64,000 nt of DNA from Camelus ferus. Taxonomy: Eukaryota. The stretch's first letter is position 1; each line of letters opens with the position of its first letter. This document shows, piece after piece, positions 39,381-52,595 of the stretch. The position numbers were made by a program, and so were the translations under genes. The notes beneath the pieces are model-generated. The model saw only the letters and a list, made by a program, of their open reading frames with translations, did no database searches and was not told where the DNA came from. The stretch covers positions 31,746,001 through 31,810,000 of the forward strand of contig NC_045697.1 in assembly GCF_009834535.1 (NCBI RefSeq), given 5' to 3'.

Positions 39381-41195
39381 CACTTTCCTTTGTGCATTTC
39401 CATGTGCCAGAAACTTTGGCAAGTTCTTTCATTTACCTTATAACATTAATGCTCAGATTGGATTCCTGTCTCAACTCTATGGGATAAGACTCAAAAACAT
39501 TTAATGATTTAAAAATCAACTTCTGAAGAAGTGACAGATACAGCATCTTCACCTAGGACTTCAAATCCTGTGTCCTATGCAGCAGTTGTATTATATTGAA
39601 CATTTTATAAACATTTTTAGCTGTCGTTATTTAATTAATTTTAAGTTGGCAAAAGTGTTCCATCTTCTTTATCCAAGTTAATTTTTCTGGCTGAGGTTGT
39701 AAATGTAATCTGAAAGCAGGTCTGCTATGTGTAACAACTGGAGCAAGCAACAGAATGGACTGTGATTGTAGCGGTAGGTTCTGCTTTACAGCCACTAAAA
39801 TAGAATTGCACTATTTGAGAGACTGCCAGTTTTCATTTGGGTGACATCTGGATGTTCCTATAAAATATCTCAAGCAATGGCTAATAAAAGATATTGATAA
39901 TTGAGAACGCCAAATTCTCAAGGTATAACTTGTCAAGAATGGTAGAGACAAAAAAATCCACTGAGTCCACAGTTTCCTCCTCTCGAGGTAAAATGTGTTC
40001 CCCCATAAAGAGAAATGAACACGAGGGCATCACTCTAAAGGGCTGTGACTGATTACCTGGGTGACTAGTAGCAATCAGTCTCTTCCTTTTGAATCACACC
40101 TCATATGTCACAACTCAAAGAGCCTTAATGCCGGCAAATGTCTGCACCCAGGAAGAACAAGTAATGAATTCATGGATTGCCTTTCTTTCTATACTTCATT
40201 TGGAAAGCTAATTGTTTGGGGAATAGACTCTCCCTGGCTCATTGGTTTAATAATACAGGAAACTCTTGAAATTTCACAAATCTTGCATTTCACAGTAGGA
40301 AGCCAAACTCAGCCTAAATGAACAATTCTCTCTTAACCTACACTTGTGATAAAAGCAGAGAGCCTTACTCATTATTAAAATGTAAACAGATAGTGAATGA
40401 ATTTACTAACTATTCTTTCCTGCTGGGGCATTTAGCCTTTGGGTAGCCGTTAGCTCTAAAATACAAATAAAGTAAATCCTCATTAATTTGAAGCAACAGA
40501 TCACAAAATAGAACATTTTGTTCCCTGAAATTGATCTTTTAGCTTGACAGACCTCCACCACAAGAATGTCTCCAGATCACTCATAAGGAATAACACTGGT
40601 ATTTTACCATTTTACTATTTTTGCATTAATTAAGCATGGATTCCAAGTAGCCCAACAGTAATAACATTCGCACGTATTTGCTTTCTGCAATGCAAATTCA
40701 GAGTAGGAGAGAAAGTTTTGAAGTTGCAGGCATTGTACCCAGAGTTGCTTATAATCCTAAGTGCATCCAGGAAAATATGTTCAATTTGTGAATGTCATCA
40801 GTTACGTGCTTTCAGAAATAAAGCAGGTTGAGAACCACTGATTTAGCTGGTTAATACTTTAAGTCTAAGTTAAAGAAAATATCAATTCTCATAGTCAAAA
40901 TTGTATACAAGCAGAACTAACAGATACCCAACCCTTGTCCTCTAAGATTTATGTTATAAGGTAAGCATTGCTATCACAGACTAATAAAGTAACGTACTCA
41001 TGTATGACACAGTAAAAGCATAATGATAATAACACTGCTAATAATAGCAATAATTCAGGTACTGCGTATATAACAGATACTCCATTTTTTTGCCTATATT
41101 CCTCCCAACAGCCCACGAAGGTAATGTTATTTTCCCCATTTTTAGAGAAGAAATGCAAGTCTGAGAGAGGATAAAAACTTATCCCTGTAGTCAAC

Positions 41196-41807
41196 TATGG
41201 GAGCCGTGATTGGGTTAACAAATTGTAACAGATCCCAGCCACTTACCTCTTAAAGGAAGATGTGCTTAGTAACTGCCTTAAGGTTTTAGCAATGACCCAG
41301 GCCCCTGGCTATAAAAGCTGGGCGTGCCTGCTGTTAGTCTTCCATCCCCAAAACAGCCTTGGGCTGGAATGGTAAAAAGCTGCAGATTCAGAGGTGAGAA
41401 GGCTGGTTAGCCAATAATGGGTAAGATCCCCTGAGGGGGCAACCTAAGACAGGCACAGCCTGAGTCCAAGAAAAATCTTGTTAAGCAGCTGATTCTCATA
41501 CGTTCCGCCCTGATAAGCTGAAAGGCTCAACACAAATATGATTTACCAAAAAGGGTCTTCTGACCTTGAGCCAAACACCAACAATAAACAAAGCCTTTGT
41601 ACTCATTGTGATCCCACCCTATCCTTCCCTAAAATCCTGCATTCCTCCTTTGACTGTACTCAGTAAATATGAGAGATTTGAGAGGCTCATGGAGTCGGCT
41701 CCTGACTCCCTCTCAGTCTCTTGACTTTTCCACAGAGTCTTGAGTAATTCATTCCATCTCGGTGGGACTTCTGCTGGCCAGAACCCACAACTGGTGACCA
41801 ACTCACA
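41196..41807 (+). mobile_element. Solo LTR, probably class II (ERVK/beta-like), inserted in a MIR (~41040-41845)
   Basis: Ends tatggg...ctcaca. Perfect 6-bp TSD gtcaac (41190-41195 / 41808-41813). MIR halves on both sides. Confidence 0.8.
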
Positions 41808-42009
41808 GTCAACAAATAGTGGAGGCAAGATTTAAGCCTAGGAATTACTCAAAATTATGTGTGTATCCTTTTCTCTTATGCCATTAAAATATGTTAGCAG
41901 CAACCACGGATCAAATTTATGTCCAATATTTAGTCAAGGTCAAAGATGAGTGAGGCTAGGATAGAGAAATAGGAAAGGGTTGAGAAGGATATTGTTAAAA
42001 TTCTAAGCT

Positions 42010-42350
42010 GGATCCTGATGACTCTCGCCCTTGTACAGTCCCCTCCCCTTGAGTGTGGGTGAGGTATGTGAGGACCATGGGATATCCTACTTCACCTGGG
42101 AAAACTGAAGGACCTGCTTAGATGTAATCAAGGCTCTAAGCAGTTGATTTTGAGTTACTCAAAAGGAGAGTCTCCTGGGCTTTGCAGGTGAGCTCTTTGA
42201 TGGGAGGCTCATGTGCTCTCTTACTTGCCTTGAAAAAGTAAACTGCCAGGTCGTGAGAGGGATTGTGGAAGGGGCCACATGGCAAGGATGCAAAGGACAC
42301 CTTCAACAGCTAAAAGTAGTCCCTGGTCTAGAGCCATCAAATAACAAAAC
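42010..42350 (+). mobile_element. MLT1E-like LTR fragment
   Basis: cccctccccttgagtgtggg, gatgtaatcaaggc...cagttgattttgagttactcaaaaggagag, ggggccacatggcaagga. Confidence 0.75.
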
Positions 42351-43330
42351 TTATTGATCTCTTTCTAATCATTCTGGATAGGGGAATCCAGAAGTCAACA
42401 ATGCTTGATACTCTGAAACATGGTAACTAGAAGGTGATTTATAAATGGCCATTTGGAGAAAGCTAATTAGTTAGTGACACCCAATATAATGCCTAAATGC
42501 TAAAACTTCCAAACAGCATTGACGAAAAAAGGAAAAAGTAAGTTTAATTCATTAAGAAGAAAACAGTGACTATTATACATAAAAAGTATACTCTCTCTCC
42601 TAGAAAGCCTGAGTAGAACACAGAGTGATGATATGAAGAAGCTGGTTTGAAATCCAAGTCTAGCTTTGTCCAATATTTCATTACCTTCACTTCATTTGAC
42701 ATGACAAATGCACAGAAATTTTGATGACACTTTTATATAGAAAATAACACCTCATTTTGACCAAAAATTTACATCTTAAAAGGTTATTTCACCTCTAGGC
42801 TGAAATGTAAAATACCACCTTTTGCTTGTCTCATGTGTGTTTCTGAAGCTTTACAATCATTCCTTTTCTGATTTCTGAACGCCCAATCAAGGTGTCCTGA
42901 GCTGCATCTAAACTTGAGATTTAATAGAAATTGTGACATCTGCACTGACTCTAAATTGTGGAGGGAAATAGGATATCACACTCAAACTGTGATCACGGAA
43001 AATATATAGCAAGCTGAGTAATTAAATGAAGGCAGTAGACGATGGTGCTACATTCATCAAGGGAAATACTATGTAACTACTACAAACTTTGTCTTCAAAA
43101 TATTTAATGACTTTAGAAAACATCAGCAGTGGGTTCAATAGAAAAGTAGGATCTTAGTCTGAGGGTTATTTTGTTAAAAGAAAAATTCAGACAGAAGACA
43201 TGAAAAAATAGACCAATGTGTTAATAACTATTAGCTCTAGACAGTGGATTATGTGTAATCTTATTTTTCATGTAATTTTGGCATTTATGGGCTTTCATGT
43301 ATTTATATTGTTCGGTAGTATGCAACTTTT

Positions 43331-43533
43331 TAAAAAAATTTTTTTACATCTTTTCATTGATTTATAGTCATTTTACAATGTTGTGCCAAATTCCAGTGTA
43401 GAGCACAATTTTTCAGGTATACATGAACATACATATATTCATTGTCACATTTTTTTTTCGCTGTGAGCTACCACAAGATCTTGCATATATTTCCCTGTGC
43501 TCTATAGTATAATCTTGTTTATCTATTCTACAC
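43331..43533 (-). mobile_element. Young camelid-type L1 3' end, 5'-truncated
   Basis: 17-bp TSD ggtagtatgcaactttt (43314-43330 / 43536-43552). Homologous to 48950-49083. Confidence 0.92.
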
Positions 43534-44029
43534 TTGGTAGTATGCAACTTTTAAATGAAATGTATTATTTTTAGAATCAGGAAAAACAGTCAAGTTGGGG
43601 AAATTGAGCTTCACAGCAAAGCATTAGAATTTGAAGTGACCTAACAGGTCTATAAATAGTGAACAAAATGCAACCATTAAATCCCTTCCAGCTTCCAGAT
43701 GCCCAGATTCTAAGTTCATGTAGGGACATACGCAGAGAGAGGAACACTTTTTGGCATTTAGCCAGTTTCTGTGGTTCACAATGTAGCATAAATGAAATAT
43801 TATTCATTTCCTTAACTACAGAAAGGGGTAGCCGAATCAGACCTTGAGCGTCATGATCTCGTCCATCCATAATATTCCATAGTTCCATATTCTGTGATTC
43901 ACTGGTACAGAATTCTTATAGATTTTCAGATTCGTGTGATGCTTAGAAATTTCATTTTATTTAAAAAAGTATAAACTGAGAACATGCAGCCTTGAATCTC
44001 TTATATCATGAAGGAAGTGCATGCAGACA

Positions 44030-44273
44030 GAAAGTCCAGCATGACATTGACAAGGCCATGGGGTCTGGGGCCAGATCGTATATGGTCGAGTCATGTCAAT
44101 AGCACATTTTAGGTGTGTGCCTTGGGGCATGTTATTTCATCTCTCTGTGTTTCAATTTTCTCATCTAGGGTTAAGTGCTGAACTCATAGGGTTGAAGATT
44201 AACCTAATTAATAGATGTAGTGTGCTTAGAACAGTGCCTGACACATGTTGAATAAATATGAGTTATTATTATT
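44030..44273 (+). mobile_element. MIR SINE, near full length
   Basis: tctggggccagatc...tgtgtgccttggggca...tgcttagaacagtgcctgacacat...aataaatatgagttattatt. Confidence 0.85.
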
Positions 44274-44837
44274 TTTCTCACCAGCTTAAGTAGGAAGAAA
44301 AAATTAGTTCAAATGAAAAACAGCCCAAAGGAATTGGAGCAATTTATTCTGCATTAGAAAAGGGCAAGGAGGAACATCTAAAATTTCTCAGTCAAAGCAA
44401 CCGTGTTAACTTGCATGATGACCTCTCCTCTAAAACCTGATATTTTACCTTTAGAGGAAGAATTATGTGGGCATATTGCTAAAGATAGTAAAATAACTGA
44501 GATTCTACCTTAGAAGAGGGAGGATTCTGCATATAACCTGGTTTGCCAATTTACTTTTATCTTTCCTCCAAGGCCATTCTCAAATGGCAAATTTCTCTTT
44601 TAAATTTTTCTGTTCATCAAATAGAAATGCTCTCCACCTCATTTTTTTTTAAAGTCCCTCCCTTGTGCCAGCACACACATGACACTTTTTATAGAATTCT
44701 ATTTCATAGGAAATTGTAAATACTATAGATTCTCCAGCCAAGTGTATTAATAATTTATTCAATAAACATGTATCTAGTGCTTACTCTGTTCCAAGCTCTG
44801 CTCCAAGCACTTTGCAAATATTATCTCATTTAATCCT

Positions 44838-45296
44838 TGTGGGAGATGGCAAAATATAGCCACAGTTCCTCCCATCTGTGTTTGCACACCTGTTTGTAAT
44901 GTGACTTTGTCATTCCTCCCAAATGTATTTCTCCATCCCCTCAAATCCATGTTGCCCTTTGTGATTTGTTTTGACAATAGAATGCATCAGAGGTGACATT
45001 TCGTGAGTTGAGAGTTTATGCTGAAAGAAGTCTTACAGCTTTTGCTCTGGCTTTCTTGCTGCCCTGAGATTGCCAGGTAAAGGGACACTAGCCTCTTAGA
45101 GGACAAGTAACCACTAACCACGTTGATAGACATTCCAGCCAATGACTAGCACATCGATGAGGTTCTTAGACCAAATATCCCCGGTGAAATCACAAACGAC
45201 TAGCCACATGAGGACCCAAGCAAGAAGAGCAGGAGCATCACCAAGCTGATTCCAGCCACTAAGTTTGGAGAGGTTTGTTTTACAGCCGAAGATACA
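44838..45296 (+). mobile_element. MaLR LTR (MLT1G/H-like) nested in a MIR (~44750-45440)
   Basis: gccacagttcctcccatc...tttgtaatgtgactttg...tgtgatttgttttgacaatagaatg, end gccactaagtttggagaggtttgttttacagccgaagataca. Confidence 0.8.
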
Positions 45297-47475
45297 CTTC
45301 CCATAATATTAATATGTAATTCCATTCCCCCTTTACAGGTGAGGAAGATGAGGTGCCTAAATAAATTGTTCAATGTTACACAGCTAGCTCATGGCAAATC
45401 GAAGCTTCAAACTCAGAATCTCTGGTCCTAACCATCTCACTAAGCTGACTTCCTTAAATTCATGTTCCTTTATATAGTTTCTTCGGTCACAGAAACATTT
45501 ATGAAGCATCCTTGCCTTCAATTAAGGACTACAGGTTCTATTGGCATTCTCATTTACATTGTTTTGTTTGAATCTCCCAATTATCCTGTGGTAAGCAGAC
45601 CAAATGTCAACACTTTCATGCTATAAACGTGAGACAGAGACTCCTAGAGATTAGCATAATGCCCAAAGTTATACATGGAAGAGGGTAGGATCTAAAATAC
45701 ATTCCCTTTTCTTACACACATTGCCTAATGCACAGGTACCAAGTTTTCCTCAAGTTGCACACGTTAGAGTGCCTTGCATGTAGTAAGTTTTCAATGAACA
45801 TTTACCATGAATAAATGCAGTGGGGGTATATCATTTAGCCCTTGTTTAATTTATTTTCCCTTCTTTTGGCAAAAGAGGTCATTCATGTTTCTTATTTCTA
45901 TTTCTTCATTGCAGATTCCATATGCGACCCTATGTGACAAGGAACAGCCCTCAGAGCCATCGAGAGTGATGACAATAGAGTAGTGATATCCAGAGAGAAA
46001 TGACTCTCTCTCCTTGTTGTCTCCTGCATGTTTCAATTCAGTACCTAGGGACTTCAAGTGACAATCACCTTGCATTGTGACAGCTTGTGAAAGGAGCAGA
46101 TAGGTTGGTGAAAAGCATATAGATAGAATAATAGGGTGTAGATTCAAGGACAATAGATTTTTTGGCATAAATATATGACAAGAAAAGGAGGTTACATATG
46201 GGCAAGCACTCTGTAAAATCATGGATTTGACCTCTACAGAGCAAAGTTATAAGTTCTTCATTGCATTCCTATAAAAAGATATAGCTATGGATATATCTAT
46301 ATGCATATAGATATAGATATATCTTTTATGCTTGTTATATCTTATGCCAATTTTATGTCTTTCATTTAAGCTTATTATATAAATATATGTGTGTGTGTAT
46401 ATATATATCTTTATTGCTTGAATATGGTATCTGTTTTCAGACAGGAAACTTTGGATGGCATGTAAACTCCAAGTGCTGATAAGAGCCCAGCACTTTTGAT
46501 TTATAATTAAATGAATAAATATTACAAATCCATGGCGCACAAATATCAGGACTCCTGACCTATTCAGATGCTAATGTCTCACTGAAGTCCTCTGCCTTTG
46601 CCTTAGGGAAACAGGGCTTGTGGGAGAGTCGTTAATGCCAGCCCCAGGAGGCTGAACTTTAAGAACCAGTGCAAACACCCACCAGGAAGGCAAGATCTAC
46701 TTGAGCAGAGAGGATGTACTGAATGAAAAATATAAATATAAATGTGCTATTCTTCCTTCCTCTTCGTTTTCCTCCCACAGCAGTGTCTTTTGGGAAACTG
46801 AAGGCAAGAAGGAGGCTTGTCAATTTAGCAAAGTGAATTCACTGCCACACTTGAGAAAAAGTAGGAAACAAATTAAAGGTATAACTATAATAATTTAATA
46901 TTTTTTTCTAGTTCAAGAATCCTTCACACTCTAGACAGAGGCTGCACTACTCCCATAGCACCAGCCTGGTGAGACTCCTCTTCCTGTAGGGATGAATAAA
47001 AGGGGAATTCAGAAAGGGTTTGCAAATTCTTTAATACTGCCTCCTCTGGGAAGTGGGATGGACGTTCCTTAGCAAAATATGAGGATGAGGCAGGAAAAGC
47101 CTCCTTCCTCCTAGTGAAGAGATGTAGGAGTTGCTCCTTTCCACTCAAAATGAGCCAATAAGGCAAATGACTAAAGCAGATTCATAAAAGACAAGACTTT
47201 TACATCCTAGCTTATGATTGCTTTAATAGCACAGCATTGGATACAGAATATTATAGGACCAAGTATTCTTTGGCCAAAAGAGGAAAGGAGGAATAAAGTT
47301 AGGAAAGGAAGAAGGGAGGAGGGGGAAAAGAAAGGGGGGATCATGAAAAAAACCCTATTACTGTTAATTTCATAATAGAAAAACAAGAAACTCAGAAAGT
47401 AGTCAGAGATTTATTCTATCCTTTTAAGAATTAAGGAAAACAATTTATTAATTTTTTCAAAATCAGTAAGATATT

Positions 47476-48002
47476 TTCAAAGAAAAAGTCACACTGGACA
47501 AAGTTCAACAAGAAAGGAAGATTTTATTCAAGGCTATTGCAATAGGGAAGAGAGGCCAGAACTCAATCTGAACTCAACTTTTCTGATATAAAGAGGTGGA
47601 GAGTTTAAGAGCTGGGGTGATGATCTGCGTTTAAGTGCTGTTACCCAAAGGAAAAGTAAGCTTGATAGGAGGTAATTTTACAACTTGGAGCAAGACTCTC
47701 CCTTAAATTAGTCTCCTATTTTCCCACAAAAACTGGGAAATAGGGCTATCTCTTCCTTGATGATTACACTCTGAAGAGACAGTTCTCTGGTTCTTGAGAA
47801 AGACATTCCTGGGATGTAACCTGGCAAGAGGTTTTTTTTTTTTTTTTTAAAGATTTATACTTCAAAGAGGTAGAGAAAGAATTTACAATTACAAGTTTCT
47901 AAAGTAAATGCTTTATGAGTAGGGAGGTCAGAAGCCCACTCAGGAAAACATCTGTCTAAAGTTTACTCAAGCTGAGAGGAATATCAAGGCCAGGATTGGT
48001 CG
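47476..48002 (-). mobile_element. MER67-like ERV1 solo LTR
   Basis: aaagaatttacaattacaagtttctaaagtaaatgct...tgtctaaagtttactcaagctgagaggaa matches the reverse of the MER67 5' end. Confidence 0.8.
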
Positions 48003-48949
48003 ATATCATAAACTAGAATTTTAAAAAGGGATAGAGGATATTTAAAAACTCTGATTAGACAACAAATGCTAATGATCCCAATACAGCATAAAAAAGGAAT
48101 TGGTTGGCAGATAAATGTGGCTGTTCAGTGAACTTTTCTGAAGAGCACAGGTTTACAGGGAACGTATGCTTGAGGAAATTATGAGCGAAGACAGAGCACT
48201 AAAAAGATAAGATTATAAATTAACATCTAAGAAATAAAAACCAATAATGTGCCAATGACTCATAGAGCCTTAACTTGGCACTCATATTTTTGGCTACCTA
48301 TGATTTTATGATAATGAAAAGAAAACTCAAGATACATTTTTTCAAAAAAATAAGATAATGAAAGAAAGCAAAAGGACAGCTCTGTGACCACTGTTAGTAG
48401 AAAGAAGAAAGTCCAGCCAACCTCAGAATTCTTAACCAAGGAGATCGATTTTCAAATGGGAAGTGCTAAAAGCAAACATCATTAAAGGGAAATTAAGCCT
48501 CAATAAGAAAAATTATAGCAAGAGTACTCAGACATTTGCATTTAAAATAAATGTAAGCATTTAGGCCCAAATCCCCAGAAGAGAGTTTAAAGCTAAAATC
48601 TTCAACATATCATAAGAGTCCTGACTACCTATGGATGGGATTGCAAAAATTATTCTAATAATTTTTGAGAAACTATGGAAAATAAGAAATATATTGAAAG
48701 ATTTTTTTTTTATTTAAAGGGTACAAAAGGAAAAACTTTCTTTAAAATTTTATAAGCCAAACACATATTTACTATAAGGTTCACCTGCAGCCCTGACATT
48801 CTTTTCAGTCTGTATGTTGAAATGACTACTGATTACACATGTATAAAAAGAACCAACTTCTTAGTTTTTTTTTTCTTTTTTTTCTGTTTAAGATTTACAG
48901 TGGTTTCAAATATAAGACAATTCTGAAAGGAAAAAAATAAGCTAGAGCT

Positions 48950-49083
48950 CACAGAGAAAAAAATGTGACAATGAATATACATATGTTCATGTATAACTGA
49001 AAAATTGTGTTCTACAATGGAATTTGACACAACATTGTAAAATGATTATAAATCAATAAAAAATGTTATATTGTTAAAAAAAA
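48950..49083 (+). mobile_element. Young camelid-type L1 3' end, 5'-truncated
   Basis: aaaatgtgacaatgaatatacatatgttcatgtataactgaaaaattgtg...aataaa...polyA. TSD aagctagagct (48939 / 49084). Confidence 0.92.
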
Positions 49084-50726
49084 AAGCTAGAGCTGTTGTC
49101 TGAATTCTCACAGAAAATACCCTTGTGGAAAATCTTTCCATGTAAATATGAAATATGCATGAAATACATATGCTATATTACATAACCGATGATTTACCAA
49201 GACTCAGATTAAACAATAATTTTTTGTGTTTTAAAAATATTAAAATATTTAAATAAAATATTATTGTATCTCTTTACTTAAAAACTCTCTGATTCTACAT
49301 GCAATTATATAATAAGAGAAGCCACACCCAAATATACTGTCAACTTTATGTTACTACTACATTTTACATCATAAGCACATCTGAGATAGGATTTACTATC
49401 AAAGTTTTATCTAATGATTTCAGATTTCCCTCACAAGCAGTAGTAATCTAAGAATTATTTGACAGGTAAAAATTGAATTCAAAATCAGTTTCTTTGTTTC
49501 TTTTTTTTTTGCCCATCCTGGTCATTTCTCACTTTCATTATTAAAATATGTCCTCAAGAAAGATTCTGATATTAGTAATTCACATTTGCTTGCAAATCTA
49601 ATTTAATTTCTTGCCTCCTCCAAATATAATTTCATTTAAACAGTTAATTCGCCTACAATCGTATCCTTTAGGCTTTTTTATCATTCTCTAACAACATGGA
49701 ATAAGTTGAGTATCACAACATGGATCCTTAAAGCATTATTAATTATAATTTATTGAAATGTATACATTATAATTTATTAATATATGTACTCTGATAGTTA
49801 TCCACCCAATAGGTAGTTCAGTAGATCTGCATGTCTCAAGAAGTTTCATATCATTCCACTGACACAGTCCTAGACCATCCCAGATGGGCTCATTCTTTTT
49901 CACAAAAAAATTCAGTGTAGATTTTCTGGTGTTTTCAGTTACATTAATTTATATATTCTTTTTCACCGTAATATTCTTAACCTGTGATTAGGGTCACTGC
50001 AGGTACAGGAATGGGCAGCTTGGGCTCAGTTAGATCAGGTCTTTCATTTGCTCAATTTATCACTTTGTTCTTGGTGCATCTCACTCTCATATCACCAAAA
50101 TGCAAGCATTCTGTAGTCTTCGTCTTTGTATCCTCCTGTGGTTTTTCATCAGGTTATAGTGATCCATGGTCCCCTAAATCCACTGACTTAATACTTTCCT
50201 ATTTCTGCTAGCTACACCTGATATACTGTCTTCATCCAAATCAATAGATTTCTATGCCAGATTTTCTGGAATGAATTTACTCATTGGGTGTTAAAATTAT
50301 TGCAGACAAAAAGAAACAGAAGACATCTATGTTCTTGAAATATGTCTTCCCAAATGTCCTTGAAAAAGCTTTGCTTTGGTGTATTTGGTTGTTTATTGAT
50401 AACTAGGCATGAGGGGGGAAACCGATGGTGATGCACAAATCCATGCCCTTCACTCCTTCCTCTCTGCAACTCCTTTTAGTAAGACCTCCACATTGCTCAC
50501 TGAATTACTGCTTTAGCCTCTTTAACTGGCCTCTGCATCTGAAAATGTTGCCTCCTTAAAAGCTAGTCCCTACAATGTTGCCTATGAAAAATTCAGAACT
50601 GACCATGCCACTTTCCTGCTTAAAGTATTTCAAAGGGTTTTCTGTGACACTCAAGTCACTTCATGACCTTTACTCTTCTCCTCAGGCCTCATCATCCCAC
50701 TGTTTCTGCATTTACCCTATTGTAAG

Positions 50727-50907
50727 TTTTGTTTTTTTTTTTTAACAGATCTGCCTTTATTCACAAGCTAACCAAAAGCATGGGTGGGAGGAGCTGTGAT
50801 ATCTCAGAAGCCTCAGGGGGCCCACAGGGGCTGGCAAGACCCCCCAGTACTCCTTGTGTGCAGGGAATGTCCCACCAGGAGCTGCCAGTGCAGAGAGGTC
50901 CACCATG
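50727..50907 (-). pseudogene. Short processed retrocopy of an unidentified mRNA 3' end
   Basis: GC-rich insert interrupting L2. Minus strand ends ...ttagcttgtgAATAAAggcagatctgtt followed by A12-c-A4. Confidence 0.65.
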
Positions 50908-51227
50908 ATTACGAAACCAACCACTACTTTCCAGAACACACTCATCATTCGAGTTCAGTGCCTCCTTGCCTTTGCCATTGCAGTTCTGCTTAGAATTCTT
51001 GTCACCTTTCTTTGTCTCTGGGCTAAATCCTTACAGTCTTTCTTGGTTATCTCCCTAAGAAATCTTCCCAGCCCCTCTTGCTTCTCTGCTGGGCTGTGCT
51101 CCATTAGTAGCCTATGAATGGCTCCAGAAGAGGCTTGCCATATTGGATTTTGGTCTATTTCTCTATCTCTTCCCCTAAGCTCTGAGTCCCTTGAAGTCAC
51201 ACACAGACTCCCTTGAAGTATTGTGTA

Positions 51228-51414
51228 CAGTTTATTTTTCAATGTAAGTGCTATTAACATTTTGAGTGAGGAGATCATTCTTCTTGATGTGAAATGTTAT
51301 TAACATTATAAAATATTTTGCATTCATGGCCCCAATCAGACGTTTGTAAGACCCTAAGTCAAATTTCCAAATGCCCATTAAGTGGGTGCTACTATCCTTA
51401 GTTAAAAACCATTA
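51228..51414 (-). mobile_element. MER20-like hAT MITE
   Basis: gtgctattaacattttgagtgagga...ccaaatgccc...agttaaaaaccatt. Confidence 0.6.
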
Positions 51415-52501
51415 TTCCTCAGCCCCAATATGTGATATAAAGAAGGCACTCAAATGTGTGTTGAAAAATAAAAGAATGGGTAAATGAATTAATGAATGAA
51501 TAGATGAATGGATACCTTTCCTTTAAAATGAATGAGGATTTTCTTGCTGGTTTCCAACAAATTCTAAATGCTTTAGTTGTCTCCCCTGAAACCTACAATT
51601 ATTCTGAACCAATTCTTCCTTTAGGCAATTCCTAAGTGACAACTTCTGAAATGATGTCGATGCTGTTAGCACAGATAATGTCTCAATTATTTTAATTTCA
51701 TAGTCAGATAATTTGTTATTTATTTTAAGTTTTCTTTTGACCTCGAAGCTTAGCCTAATATACTCAAAACTTTTATAAATATATTTTTTTTCCTTTCTTA
51801 TAACAAATACCTCACAACAGACAGCTATCATTAAATGACGGCTGTTTCATGAAGTACAATATACACCAATATTTGTTTCTAGATAAATGATTTTATTACA
51901 AATTCCAACAGACTCAGCCCTAAGATTGATGAGTATGTGCTGTTTTGGTGGAATAGAGATAATGGATTATAAATTAGGCTTGTATCAATATTAGAGCTTC
52001 AAATCATGTCTTTTAGATTGCACAAAAATATGTAGCTTTTATACATATGGAAAGAGTAGTTGTCTAGTCAGTAGAAAATTGTTATTCTACCAGCATCTCA
52101 CCATAAAAATAAGAAGTTTAGACATTATCTGTTATAAGAGAGAAAATTTATTTATATCCCTGAAAGCTGTGAATATGTGTAGTCTAAGTCTTCAAACTTA
52201 GAAAATCTATATAAAACTATACATTATCTGAAAGAGAAATGTACATGTCCATGCACACATATACATATACACTCGCCTTGGGAATGTAAACGTTACTGCT
52301 CCTTAATGGCTTCAGAACACATAAGAAAACACCTGGGAGGCTCCAATAAAGACACATCTCTTGAGTGTCTTTGAGAGTGATCACCACCACAGTGGTGCCT
52401 GCACTGTGTTATATACAGACATTTGCCAGAGCGCCTGAAGGTTATGTGTTCATATGTATACATACTTCTTATTGCCCAGTGGCTCTCTCCCACTGGCTCT
52501 T

Positions 52502-52595
52502 TTGTAATTTTTCTTTTAGTGGTGGTACTGGGGATTGAACCCAGGACCTTGTGTATGCTTAGCATGCGCTCTACCACTGAGTCACAGCCACCCCC
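52502..52595 (-). mobile_element. tRNA-derived SINE (Vic-1 type, short-tailed)
   Basis: Minus strand gactcagtggtagagcgcatgctaagcatacacaaggtcctgggttcaatcccagtacc. TSD actggctctt / gccggctctt, differing only at CpG positions. Confidence 0.9.

Larger units (their letters stand above)
50030..51512 (+). mobile_element. L2 fragments with nested inserts
   Basis: Pyrimidine-rich L2 body (ctgaccatgccactttcctgcttaaa) and L2 tail gcactcaaatgtgtgttgaa...aatgaatgaa. Confidence 0.7.

Noticed and set aside
45885..45985. Strong-looking splice acceptor (tttcttatttctatttcttcattgcag) followed by IPYATLCDKEQPSEPSRVMTIE*
   Set aside because: All frames close quickly, the peptide is not recognised, and no partner exons are found. 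A non-coding or terminal exon cannot be excluded without RNA data.
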